A stretch of DNA of 64,000 bases from Bacteroidales bacterium UBA6267 (lineage in GTDB: Bacteria > Bacteroidota > Bacteroidia > Bacteroidales > UBA1556): the NCBI GenBank assembly GCA_002440745.1, contig DJVB01000008.1:17070-81069 (forward strand), in the 5' to 3' direction. Below are positions 1 through 8,566 of this stretch, piece by piece. The notes below the pieces were generated by a model. It searched no databases. It was not told where the DNA came from and was given only the letters and a program-made list of their open reading frames with translations. How positions within the stretch are numbered: position 1 is the stretch's first letter; each line of letters begins with the position of its first letter. The position numbers were made by a program, and so were the translations under genes.

Positions 1-22
1 TTTTTTTCACAGAATTATTTTC

Positions 23-745
23 CTATTCAACTATCAGTTTCCGGACAAATTGGCCATTAATGCGAAGAATATAAATGCCGTTTTTCAATTCGGAAATGCT
101 AATTTCATCTGATATTTCAGCGGTTTTAATTTGTCTGCCACTCAAGTCAAATATCTCAATATCAACTTTTTGACTAAAATATACCTTGTCACTGCTATTT
201 GGGTTTGGAAAGATATGGATGCCGGATATTGCAGTGTTATCCTTAATCGAAACGGATTGGTTAGATGTGTTTGGAGTTGGAGAAGAGAAACTTGTCCATG
301 TTGCGCCGCCATCGGTTAATCGCCCCATGGAAATGTCAGTTGTTTGGGCGCCAAAGCTTATGGAGTCAACCAAAATGCTATCTCTATCGGTAAGCCTAAT
401 TTTCTCTCCATCTTTACTGAGCTTAATTCCAATATGTAATGCACCATCATTAATATCATCATCAGCCCAGAGCACTAAGAATCCCCCCGGTTGGATTTTA
501 GTGGTAGAATCTCCCGTTGGAATCTGAAATTTGAAAACATCAGAATAATCATCTGTAATGAAAAAACCACCAATGTCAACAACGCTACTTCCTGCATTAT
601 ACAACTCAATCCAGTCCTCAAACTCACCTGATTCATCGGTAGTTATAGCATCATTGTCGGCCATAAACTCATTGATGTAGATTTGGCCGGTAAGACTGTT
701 TAATAGGAATAAAGAAAGCAAAAGTGTGATAAAGTTTTTAATCAT
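23..745 (-). CDS. Secreted lamin-tail-domain (LTD) protein with T9SS C-terminal sorting domain
   Basis: Signal peptide MIKNFITLLLSLFLLNSLTGQ. LTD-like core INEFMADN..FEDWIELYN..GGFFITDD..LVLWADDD. The last ~75 aa (IFPNPNSS..GIYILRINGQFVRKLIVE) fit the Por/T9SS CTD pattern. Confidence 0.7.
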   Translation of the reverse strand: MIKNFITLLLSLFLLNSLTGQIYINEFMADNDAITTDESGEFEDWIELYNAGSSVVDIGGFFITDDYSDVFKFQIPTGDSTTKIQPGGFLVLWADDDINDGALHIGIKLSKDGEKIRLTDRDSILVDSISFGAQTTDISMGRLTDGGATWTSFSSPTPNTSNQSVSIKDNTAISGIHIFPNPNSSDKVYFSQKVDIEIFDLSGRQIKTAEISDEISISELKNGIYILRINGQFVRKLIVE

Positions 746-753
746 ATTTCATT

Positions 754-1905
754 TTATTTAAAAGTTAAAATCCATCCAATTTTTAGTTCATCCGTCCATT
801 TGAACCCATCATTGTAAGGTAATATTTCTTCCTTAACAATATGATTGTACTGCAATCTGATCATGGAGTTAAAGTCGTTTAGCATCAAGGCATAAGCTCC
901 TGAAAATATTTGAGTTACGCCGGGTTGCAAATCGTTTTGGTTAAACTCCTCAAAACGTATTGTTAAGATGCTTTTTAGTTTTTTACTATGATAATTCATT
1001 TGGGCAAGCCAACCTCCGGCAAGTACATAATTTGTTTTATAGCCAAGTAGTTTTTCCGGAGTATTTGGTTCCAATCTCATTTGATGGATTTCAAATTGAG
1101 TGGAAAAACCCATGTATTGCGCTGAGAAGTCCAAACCATAAGTGTATTTCGTTCCATCGATTGTTTGCATGAAATAGTTGCTTCCGGTAGTAGTTTGTTT
1201 TTCGGCATATCTGGCATTTGCTCCAAACGAAAACATGGGAATAGGCACGTGAGTGTCGTCAATATCTCGATATTTATAGCTTGAGGGATATGAAATATCC
1301 ACTCGCCCGATATATTCCAATTTCCCACTTGCATCATTATTTCCGTCTAATGTTCGGCTGCCCATTCCTGTATAGGTGCCCAAGTAAGCATTGATGCGAT
1401 TGTGCCAAAACGACCGTTGAAGCGTAAGTCCTACATCCCGTCTTGAGAAGAAATCGCCACGAACCAACTCAGCCCGATTAAAAACTGAAGCAAATTTGTT
1501 GGGTACCAAACTGCTTCGCGAATAAGGAAGTTTGCCATAGCCGAATTTTATGTCGATGAAATTCAATCCTTTATACAAAATATATGCATCCATCAGACCC
1601 GGGTCTTCGGGGTCGATTGTGCCGGAGGCAAAGTCGGCAATATCAAATTGCAATTCGTACTCATAGTCATTTCCAATTCTACCTTCAAATTCAATAATAG
1701 CATCTTTGAGTTTGAAACGGTTTTTCTTGAAATCCATAGCATCCTCAGGATTCAAATCATCTGCAAGCCATCTGTGACCATAATATGGGCTAATTAATCC
1801 GGTGATTTCGAGCACGTGATGCCCATTTCCAACAGTCACTTGCCCATGATTTTCTAAAACACCAATGCCAACTATGAAAAGCAATACTAATAGTGATTTT
1901 TTCAT
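754..1905 (-). CDS. Outer-membrane porin, phosphate-selective porin O/P-like family
   Basis: Signal peptide. Beta-barrel-like alternating pattern. Segment LMDAYILYKG..IKFGYGKLPYSRSSLVPNKFASVFNRAEL resembles the OprO/OprP family signature. Overlaps the upstream gene by 4 nt. Confidence 0.55.
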   Translation of the reverse strand: MKKSLLVLLFIVGIGVLENHGQVTVGNGHHVLEITGLISPYYGHRWLADDLNPEDAMDFKKNRFKLKDAIIEFEGRIGNDYEYELQFDIADFASGTIDPEDPGLMDAYILYKGLNFIDIKFGYGKLPYSRSSLVPNKFASVFNRAELVRGDFFSRRDVGLTLQRSFWHNRINAYLGTYTGMGSRTLDGNNDASGKLEYIGRVDISYPSSYKYRDIDDTHVPIPMFSFGANARYAEKQTTTGSNYFMQTIDGTKYTYGLDFSAQYMGFSTQFEIHQMRLEPNTPEKLLGYKTNYVLAGGWLAQMNYHSKKLKSILTIRFEEFNQNDLQPGVTQIFSGAYALMLNDFNSMIRLQYNHIVKEEILPYNDGFKWTDELKIGWILTFK

Positions 1906-2627
1906 AAATTTAAAGGATTTGAATATACAAACAACTTAGCCATACCATCACTAATAACGTACATGTTTCCTTTTGTGTCGAAACAAAGACCTTCAGGATT
2001 GATGATTTTTAGCGAAAACTTGTTTTTGATTTGTAAAGTTTGGGAATTCAACTGAAGCACTACATTATCTTCATCGCTTAAAACAAACAAATCGTTTTTG
2101 AAGAAGGTCAAAGCTGAAATATCCGATACTTCATCAAATTTTCGTTTATTGATTTGGTTGATTTTTTCATCGAATTCATAAATCATTACCGGATCTTTTT
2201 CCGTAGCTAAGATGAAGTTTCCGTTCGCCGGATTGCGAGTTATAGACTCAAAACCTTTATTTCTTCCACCTTGATAGTTTAGGGTGTAAGTTGCAATTTC
2301 ATTGAGACTAAGATCAAATTTTCTGACATTTCTATTGGCCTCTTCAACTACGTAAATTACGCTGTCGTGATAAAAAACTCCTTCGAAATCCATTCCCTGA
2401 ACGGCTGATTTTTTTAGAATTTTTCCGGTATTATCAGTTTGAAAAAGAGTTCCATTGTCGCCAACCATATAGAACACGTTTGCATCAGAATTATAAGTTA
2501 TTCCGCTTGGCTCCGGCACCTTTAACTGGTATTTTTGTGTTGGAACTAAATATTTTTCTTGTGGAGATTTCTCCTTTGGAGAGAAAATAGTCCAAAGCAT
2601 TAGAGCAAGGATAAAAAAGATTTTCAT
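1902..2627 (-). CDS. SdiA-regulated / YjiK-like beta-propeller protein (secreted)
   Basis: Signal-like N-terminus. PEPSGITYNSDANVFYMVGDNG, GFESITRNP and NPEGLCFDTKGNMYVISDG repeats are typical of the SdiA-regulated (YjiK) propeller family. Confidence 0.65.
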   Translation of the reverse strand: MKIFFILALMLWTIFSPKEKSPQEKYLVPTQKYQLKVPEPSGITYNSDANVFYMVGDNGTLFQTDNTGKILKKSAVQGMDFEGVFYHDSVIYVVEEANRNVRKFDLSLNEIATYTLNYQGGRNKGFESITRNPANGNFILATEKDPVMIYEFDEKINQINKRKFDEVSDISALTFFKNDLFVLSDEDNVVLQLNSQTLQIKNKFSLKIINPEGLCFDTKGNMYVISDGMAKLFVYSNPLNL

Positions 2628-2632
2628 AAGGA

Positions 2633-3181
2633 TTAATTATTTGATTTTCCGGGCGTTGGTATATTGAAATATTGCCAAGTATTGCTTCCATCCGGAAAGC
2701 GACCTTTGCTTACACCATCATTCTGAGCGCCAAAATTTAAACTATCGACTGTTACAAATTGGTTGGTTGAATCTTTGTAAAAAATACCAATGGATTCACC
2801 GCCACTACTCAGTTTAAAATCTGCATGAATATCATTTCCGGTTTGGCCGTCGCACCAAATAAGTAAAAAACCATGCGAAGCTAAGGTTAGAGGTGGAAGT
2901 TCAAATTTGCCGGGGTCAGATAAGTCATCTGTCACAAACCAGTGCCCGGCTGCCATGTTCAGATTATAACTATTTGGATTATATATCTCTATCCAATCTT
3001 CATAAGTGCCATTTTCGTTGACATTGGTGCTGCCTTTGGCAACGAACTCATTTATGAATAAACTTCCCGCCTTGATTTCCGTGGGATTATTGTTAGGAAT
3101 GTCCTGATTATCAACTATTTCTCTGTCCTTAGTGCAGGAAATTAATGTGATAAATGCTAAAAAAAATGCTATTCGTCTCAT
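2633..3181 (-). CDS. LTD-domain lipoprotein
   Basis: The track ORF runs to 3244, but the lipoprotein signal MRRIAFFLAFITLISC starts at the internal ATG at 3181. LTD core INEFVAKG..YEDWIEIYNPN..HWFVTDD..LLIWCDG. Confidence 0.65.
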   Translation of the reverse strand: MRRIAFFLAFITLISCTKDREIVDNQDIPNNNPTEIKAGSLFINEFVAKGSTNVNENGTYEDWIEIYNPNSYNLNMAAGHWFVTDDLSDPGKFELPPLTLASHGFLLIWCDGQTGNDIHADFKLSSGGESIGIFYKDSTNQFVTVDSLNFGAQNDGVSKGRFPDGSNTWQYFNIPTPGKSNN

Positions 3182-3297
3182 AAACACAAAAGTAGCAAGG
3201 AGATTTTTTGTGAATGATAACTTAATGTTAATTCTAAATGGCAAAATTGTTACCGAACAGCTTGCTTAATTAGATGATATTGACCAAGTTTTCGGAG

Positions 3298-3879
3298 CTA
3301 CTCCACATCTTCCATAGCAATGAGCCCATTGAAAATGGCGTAAACAGTTAAACCACTAATGGATTTTATGCCCAATTTCGCAGTTATATTTTTTCTATGG
3401 GTAATCACTGTATGAATGCTAATATTTTCAAAATCAGCAATTTCTTTATTGGTTTTTCCGGTTGCAACATGAGCCAAAATCACTTTTTCCCGTTCACTCA
3501 GTTCACTATTAATCATCGACTCTAATTCAGAAACTCTATGTTGCAGATTTGTGAAAAAGTGCATAATTTCTTTCCGACTCCAATGGATCGAAATGGTTGG
3601 GTAGTTTGGAACAGATTCGTGATTATGGCTTATTTGAATGATTTCCGTAGTTGGACTTATTTTGTATAAGTTATTGAATTGTAATGGATTAATGTCTTTA
3701 AGGATTTCGGTTGAAATGAGTAAAAAATTGGGTTGGTGAGTTCTTAACGATTCTTCTAAGGCTTCTGAACTCTCTAAAATCTCACAAATACAATGATTAC
3801 GAAACTCTCGAATAAGGCTGCTTAATCCTTTATTGATAAGAAATGAATGTGAAGCAATTACAAAATTTCTTTGTGACAT
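3298..3879 (-). CDS. LuxR-family transcriptional regulator with atypical (pseudo-)receiver N-terminus
   Basis: C-terminal LuxR HTH LSEREKVILAHVATGKTNKEIADFENISIHTVITHRKNITAKLGI. The receiver-like N-terminus has LLIST where the phospho-acceptor Asp is expected. Confidence 0.7.
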   Translation of the reverse strand: MSQRNFVIASHSFLINKGLSSLIREFRNHCICEILESSEALEESLRTHQPNFLLISTEILKDINPLQFNNLYKISPTTEIIQISHNHESVPNYPTISIHWSRKEIMHFFTNLQHRVSELESMINSELSEREKVILAHVATGKTNKEIADFENISIHTVITHRKNITAKLGIKSISGLTVYAIFNGLIAMEDVE

Positions 3880-3883
3880 AATC

Positions 3884-4609
3884 TTAATTCAATTTGGTTT
3901 CCATAAATTGTACTCTCGGAATCAAAATTCTGTTTTCCAAATTGGAATGATCGTTTATGTCTTTTTCGAGATGGCCAACTTGACCAAGAATTTTATAACA
4001 AAGAATATTGTTTTTTAAGGGAGGTAAATATTTAATCATTAAGGTTTTTAAATCTAACAGACTTTCCTCAATATCATCATGCTCTTCCACGTAACGTCCT
4101 ATGGCATAAGTTCTTAATTCTTCAATTTCGCCATCAGCTAACGATTGAGGATTGTTGAAATACTGCTCAAGTTTGAGAATATACGGATAAACTATTTTTT
4201 CTTCTCTCTCGATATGCGTTTTCAAATGTTGCTGATACTCCCCGAAAAAATTATTTATTAAGGTTAATTCTTTGATTCGTAAGTCTTTATTTTCTTCTAA
4301 TAAGGTCGTAATTAGACTTTGGATTTCAGGGATTTTACGATTTAAGTAATAGCTGTGGGTGTTTTTTAAGTAAGTGATTATCAGACTCAAAGGAAACATT
4401 TGAAGATGATTCTCTGGATGATATTCGGGCTCATTAAATGCATTAACTATTTCCAAAAAGAAATCAGCATTTACGTTGTTCTCCATGCAAACTTCTTCGA
4501 TAGTCTTGTCGCCGAATCCTAAATTAATTCCAAATCTTGTAAAAACGGAAAGCAAATGGTGATTACTCAAAATCACATCCGCCATTTTTATATCTTTATT
4601 AAAAATCAT
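3884..4609 (-). CDS. Hemerythrin-like metal-binding protein (RIC/ScdA/YtfE-like architecture)
   Basis: N-terminal ScdA_N-like segment (ADVILSNHHLLSVFTRFGINLGFGDKTIEEVC), then His/Glu-rich helical repeats (HSYYL.., HLKTHIEREEKIVYP, EEHDDIEE, DINDHSNLENRILIP). Lies 4 nt upstream of the LuxR gene. Confidence 0.5.
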   Translation of the reverse strand: MIFNKDIKMADVILSNHHLLSVFTRFGINLGFGDKTIEEVCMENNVNADFFLEIVNAFNEPEYHPENHLQMFPLSLIITYLKNTHSYYLNRKIPEIQSLITTLLEENKDLRIKELTLINNFFGEYQQHLKTHIEREEKIVYPYILKLEQYFNNPQSLADGEIEELRTYAIGRYVEEHDDIEESLLDLKTLMIKYLPPLKNNILCYKILGQVGHLEKDINDHSNLENRILIPRVQFMETKLN

Positions 4610-4770
4610 AGTGTAAGGTTTCTAACTTTAACTGTGGGCAAAATTACAATTTAAAATCAATCTAAATAGAATATTTGTTTTATTTTTTCTATGATGTTTA
4701 AATAAAAGTAATAATTTAGCAAAGTTAAATTTATAACAAGAATAACTTTTGTTTAATTAAATCTATTTTT

Positions 4771-5670
4771 ATGAAAAAACTTGTACTTTTCTTTTTAGCA
4801 GTTTGGGCTTCAGGTACTCTTTTAGCTCAATATCAAACACAACAGGAAATGGGAGCAACTGCTTTCCGTGGTCAAGACCCATCAACTGTAGTTTATAAAA
4901 CAAATCCGGCAAGCGTTACTTCAACCAAAGCAACTCTTGACGAAAGTTTCGAGGGAACAACTTTTCCACCTGCAGGTTGGCTTTTGATCGACCATGACGG
5001 CGATGGTGAAGATTTCTTCCAATACAACGTAGGCTCGGCTGCTGACGGTTTAAACTCAGCCACTTCTGCAAGTTGGACCGGTACTGCAGGCCCTTTAACT
5101 CCAAACAATCACCTTGTTACTCCTGCTTTACTTCCGGTTGTTGGTGATAATATTTCTTTTTGGTATGCTGCACAAGACATTGATTATCCATCAGATAAGT
5201 TTCAGGTTTTGGTTAGCACAACTGGTACAAACGCTGCCAATTTTACAGATACTTTATTTGTAAAAACTATTACCGACACTACTTGGACTCAACAAGTTTT
5301 GTCGTTGGATGCTTATGCAGGAAGCACCATTTATGTTTCATTCAATCACTTTGATTGCACCGATTGGTTCTATATGAAATTAGATAAAGTTGAAGGACCA
5401 AATTACATTCCTGCCGGAATCGAAAACACTTCAAATATCAATAAAGTTAGCATGTATCCAAACCCTGCTTCCGATGTGTTGAATGTAAACGGTACTGAAA
5501 AAATTGATCAAGTTTCCATTGTAAACGTTGTTGGTCAGGAAGTTTTAGTTACCGAAGTTAATGCAACAAATTATTCCATTGATATTTCAAGCCTTGAAAG
5601 TGGAATTTATTTCGTTAATATCGAAACAGGAAATCAACGTACTGTCAAAAAATTGACTATCAAAAAATAG
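4771..5670 (+). CDS. Secreted T9SS cargo protein with choice-of-anchor-J-like N-terminal domain
   Basis: Signal peptide MKKLVLFFLAVWASGTLLAQ. ESFEGTTFPPAGWLLIDHDGDGEDF motif. C-terminal CTD MYPNPASDVLNVNG..GIYFVNIETGNQRTVKKLTIKK. Confidence 0.65.
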   Translation: MKKLVLFFLAVWASGTLLAQYQTQQEMGATAFRGQDPSTVVYKTNPASVTSTKATLDESFEGTTFPPAGWLLIDHDGDGEDFFQYNVGSAADGLNSATSASWTGTAGPLTPNNHLVTPALLPVVGDNISFWYAAQDIDYPSDKFQVLVSTTGTNAANFTDTLFVKTITDTTWTQQVLSLDAYAGSTIYVSFNHFDCTDWFYMKLDKVEGPNYIPAGIENTSNINKVSMYPNPASDVLNVNGTEKIDQVSIVNVVGQEVLVTEVNATNYSIDISSLESGIYFVNIETGNQRTVKKLTIKK

Positions 5671-5699
5671 TTCTATATTCCAGAGAATTATTTTAGATT

Positions 5700-5731
5700 G
5701 AGGAAGGTGAAAACCTTCCTCTTTTTTTTTT
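5700..5731 (+). terminator. Rho-independent terminator
   Basis: GAGGAAGG-TGAAAA-CCTTCCTC perfect 8-bp stem followed by a 10-T run, 30 nt after the stop at 5670. Confidence 0.75.
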
Positions 5732-5837
5732 GGATTGTCCCTTATGAAATTATTTTTTCAAATATTGCCAATAGTTGTCAGCTTATTGAAGGTTGAGGAA
5801 TCATGGAAACTGAATTTAACTTAAATTTGTCGCCACT

Positions 5838-6824
5838 TTGATTAAGAAATCCATGGGACGAATAGATGAGATAAAGATTCCGATAAAGACTGAATTGGAG
5901 AGGTTTCAAAAGGAATTTGCCGATGTGATGAAAACGAGGGTGCCCCTTTTGAATATTATCACTCGGTATTTGATTAGTAATAAGGGCAAACAGATGCGAC
6001 CGCTGTTTGTGTTTCTCTCCGCACGTCTTCTCTCAGAAGCAACCGACTCCACATATCGTGCAGCAGCTTTAATTGAGCTATTACACACTGCAACTCTCGT
6101 TCACGACGATGTTGTGGATGAGGCAAGTTTACGCCGTAATGTATTTACTATTAATGCTTTATGGAAAAATAAAGTTGCTGTTCTCGTAGGCGACTTTCTG
6201 CTTTCTAAAGGGATGATTTTAGCACTTGAACATAAAGAATATCAGTTGCTTGAAATAGTATCCAAGGCCACACGACAGATGAGTGAGGGGGAATTGCTTC
6301 AAATCGAGAAAGCTCGAAGGCTCGACATAAGTGAAGAGGTTTATTTCGACATAATTCGCCAAAAAACTGCATCGTTGATTGGATCGGCAACCGCAGCCGG
6401 CGTAGCTTCAGTTGGCGCTGATTTACAGACTGTTGAAAAATTTTGGATCCTTGGCGAAAACATTGGTATCGCTTTTCAAATCAAAGACGACTTGCTTGAT
6501 TATGCAGGAAGTAATACCGGAAAAACTACCGGCAACGACTTGAAAGAGAAAAAAATGACACTACCATTAATATTTATGCTGAATCAAGCCGATTACCTCG
6601 AGAGACGCAAGATTATAATGAATATAAAATACCGAAGTCAAAACTCGGCTGTTCGGCGTTCGATAATGGACAAAGTCAAGAATAGCGGTGGTATCGACTA
6701 TGCCGAACAAAAAATGCAGGAATATCTGCAAAAAGCTCTTGATGATTTAAACTATTTTCAAGATAGTGAAATTAAAACAGCCTTCATTAATCTTATAAAT
6801 TATTCTATCAACCGAAATAAATAA
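5838..6824 (+). CDS. Polyprenyl diphosphate synthase (trans-isoprenyl, quinone side-chain type)
   Basis: First and second Asp-rich motifs LVHDDVVDE and FQIKDDLLDY. The track start is TTG 5838. ATG at 5853 (MGRIDE) is an alternative. Confidence 0.85.
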   Translation: MIKKSMGRIDEIKIPIKTELERFQKEFADVMKTRVPLLNIITRYLISNKGKQMRPLFVFLSARLLSEATDSTYRAAALIELLHTATLVHDDVVDEASLRRNVFTINALWKNKVAVLVGDFLLSKGMILALEHKEYQLLEIVSKATRQMSEGELLQIEKARRLDISEEVYFDIIRQKTASLIGSATAAGVASVGADLQTVEKFWILGENIGIAFQIKDDLLDYAGSNTGKTTGNDLKEKKMTLPLIFMLNQADYLERRKIIMNIKYRSQNSAVRRSIMDKVKNSGGIDYAEQKMQEYLQKALDDLNYFQDSEIKTAFINLINYSINRNK

Positions 6825-6829
6825 TTGAT

Positions 6830-8557
6830 ATGCAGAATGTTTCGTTAATATTTTTAGCTTTCTTTACTTTTTCAATTGCCTTTGCTCAGGCTCAAACACA
6901 TCGAATTGAAGAAATCAAATACCCAAGCGGAAAGCGTTTGTCACAAACTTCTTATTTAGATTCCATACCCGATGGGGATTTCATTTCGTGGTATGAAACA
7001 GGCCGCATTATGGAAAAAGGTAGTTATTCCATGGGGAAGAAAATAGGGACATGGGTTTATCTTTATCCAAACGGAGACAGCCTGAGCTTGTTCAACTATG
7101 AGAATGGTCCATATATTATCTGGTTCGATAACAAACAAATTACCGTCAAAGGTCTTGTTGTTAATGGTGAGAAGGAGGGAAAATGGACGGAATATTTTAT
7201 AAATGGAAAAGTAAAATCTACAATTACTTATAAGACGGGAAAGCCCTTTGGGAAACAAACTCATTTTGATGAAAATGGCACGAAAACATTGGAATTTACG
7301 CTGCCCGATGGCTCCTATCAGGCTTGGTATTCGACCGGCGAGATTAAAGAAAAAGGTAATTTGAAGGATGAAGCTCGAGATGGCCTTTGGGTTGGTTTTT
7401 ACAAAAATGGTAAGCCAAACTATGAAGGATATTATTCCAATGGGACGGAGACCGGGATTTGGAAAGAATTTTATTTCAATGGACAGGTGAAAAAAGTTGA
7501 GCCACTCACTGATGGCACTTACAACGAATATTATATTGATGGGAAAATGGGTGCTGAAGGTCAAGTAGTTCAGGGCAAACGCACCGGTGTTTGGACCTGG
7601 TATTACAATGATGGTAAGACAAAAGAAATTGTGAAATATCTGAACGGTTTGCGCAACGGCGACTCAAAACGATATTATGAATCAGGGCAGTTGGAGTTCG
7701 ATGGTGCTTATGAAAACGACAGTTTAAATGGTTATGCACACTGGTATTATCCTAATGGAAACCTTGAAATGGAAGGCAATAGCATTAACGATTTGCAGGA
7801 CAGCGTTTGGAAATTTTATTATGACAATGGTCGTATGGGAAGCACCGGCGCTTTCAAGAAGGGTCGGATGGAAGGTGAATGGGTGTACTATTATATGGCT
7901 GGGCCTTTATGGAAAAAGGGGAGTTATTCGTCTGACATTAAGGATGGTATGTGGGTAACTTACTGGGAAAACGGTAAGGTGCTTCAGCAGGGAGCATATC
8001 AAACTGGTCAGGAATCAGGCCTTTGGGAATCGTGGTACGACAACGGTCAGATAAAAGATCGTGGAACATTTGTGCTCGGAGTTATGAATGGAAAATGGGT
8101 TGGTTGGTTCAAGGATGGTACTCCAAATTATGAGTTTATGTATAAAAATGGTGTGAAAACTGGTTTTTGTACACAGTATTATTCCAATGGAAAAGTGAAA
8201 TATAAAGGTGGTTTTCTTGATGGACAAAGGCATGGTAAATTTGCAGAATACTATAATACAGGTGCTCCGCTTTCATCAGGTAAGTACTTGAATGGTAAGC
8301 AGTTTGGAAAATGGAGCTATTTTGATAATTTCGGGAAATTGTACAAAAAGCAAACTCTAAAAGACGGAAAACCAGATGGGAAATGGGTCGAATATTATGC
8401 TAACGGGAAGAAAAAGGGTGAAGGAGTTTATAAAGATTTATTGAAACATGGGGTCTGGACTTATTACGACCAAACCGGAAAGGTTGTCTATAAAGTGCAG
8501 TATAACAGAGGTGTAAAAGAAAAGGAAATTGTAAACTCGCAAAAAGGAATTCAATAA
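6830..8557 (+). CDS. MORN-variant (YwqK-like) repeat protein, secreted
   Basis: Signal peptide, then about 20 tandem ~23-aa units of the form G.W..YY.NGk....g.Y.nG...G.W. Confidence 0.6.
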   Translation: MQNVSLIFLAFFTFSIAFAQAQTHRIEEIKYPSGKRLSQTSYLDSIPDGDFISWYETGRIMEKGSYSMGKKIGTWVYLYPNGDSLSLFNYENGPYIIWFDNKQITVKGLVVNGEKEGKWTEYFINGKVKSTITYKTGKPFGKQTHFDENGTKTLEFTLPDGSYQAWYSTGEIKEKGNLKDEARDGLWVGFYKNGKPNYEGYYSNGTETGIWKEFYFNGQVKKVEPLTDGTYNEYYIDGKMGAEGQVVQGKRTGVWTWYYNDGKTKEIVKYLNGLRNGDSKRYYESGQLEFDGAYENDSLNGYAHWYYPNGNLEMEGNSINDLQDSVWKFYYDNGRMGSTGAFKKGRMEGEWVYYYMAGPLWKKGSYSSDIKDGMWVTYWENGKVLQQGAYQTGQESGLWESWYDNGQIKDRGTFVLGVMNGKWVGWFKDGTPNYEFMYKNGVKTGFCTQYYSNGKVKYKGGFLDGQRHGKFAEYYNTGAPLSSGKYLNGKQFGKWSYFDNFGKLYKKQTLKDGKPDGKWVEYYANGKKKGEGVYKDLLKHGVWTYYDQTGKVVYKVQYNRGVKEKEIVNSQKGIQ

Positions 8558-8566
8558 TATTTAACT

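Noticed and set aside
6956-7564. 202-aa minus-strand ORF
   Set aside because: It lies entirely antisense to the MORN-repeat gene. It has low-complexity, repeat-driven composition and no independent signals, so it is a shadow ORF.
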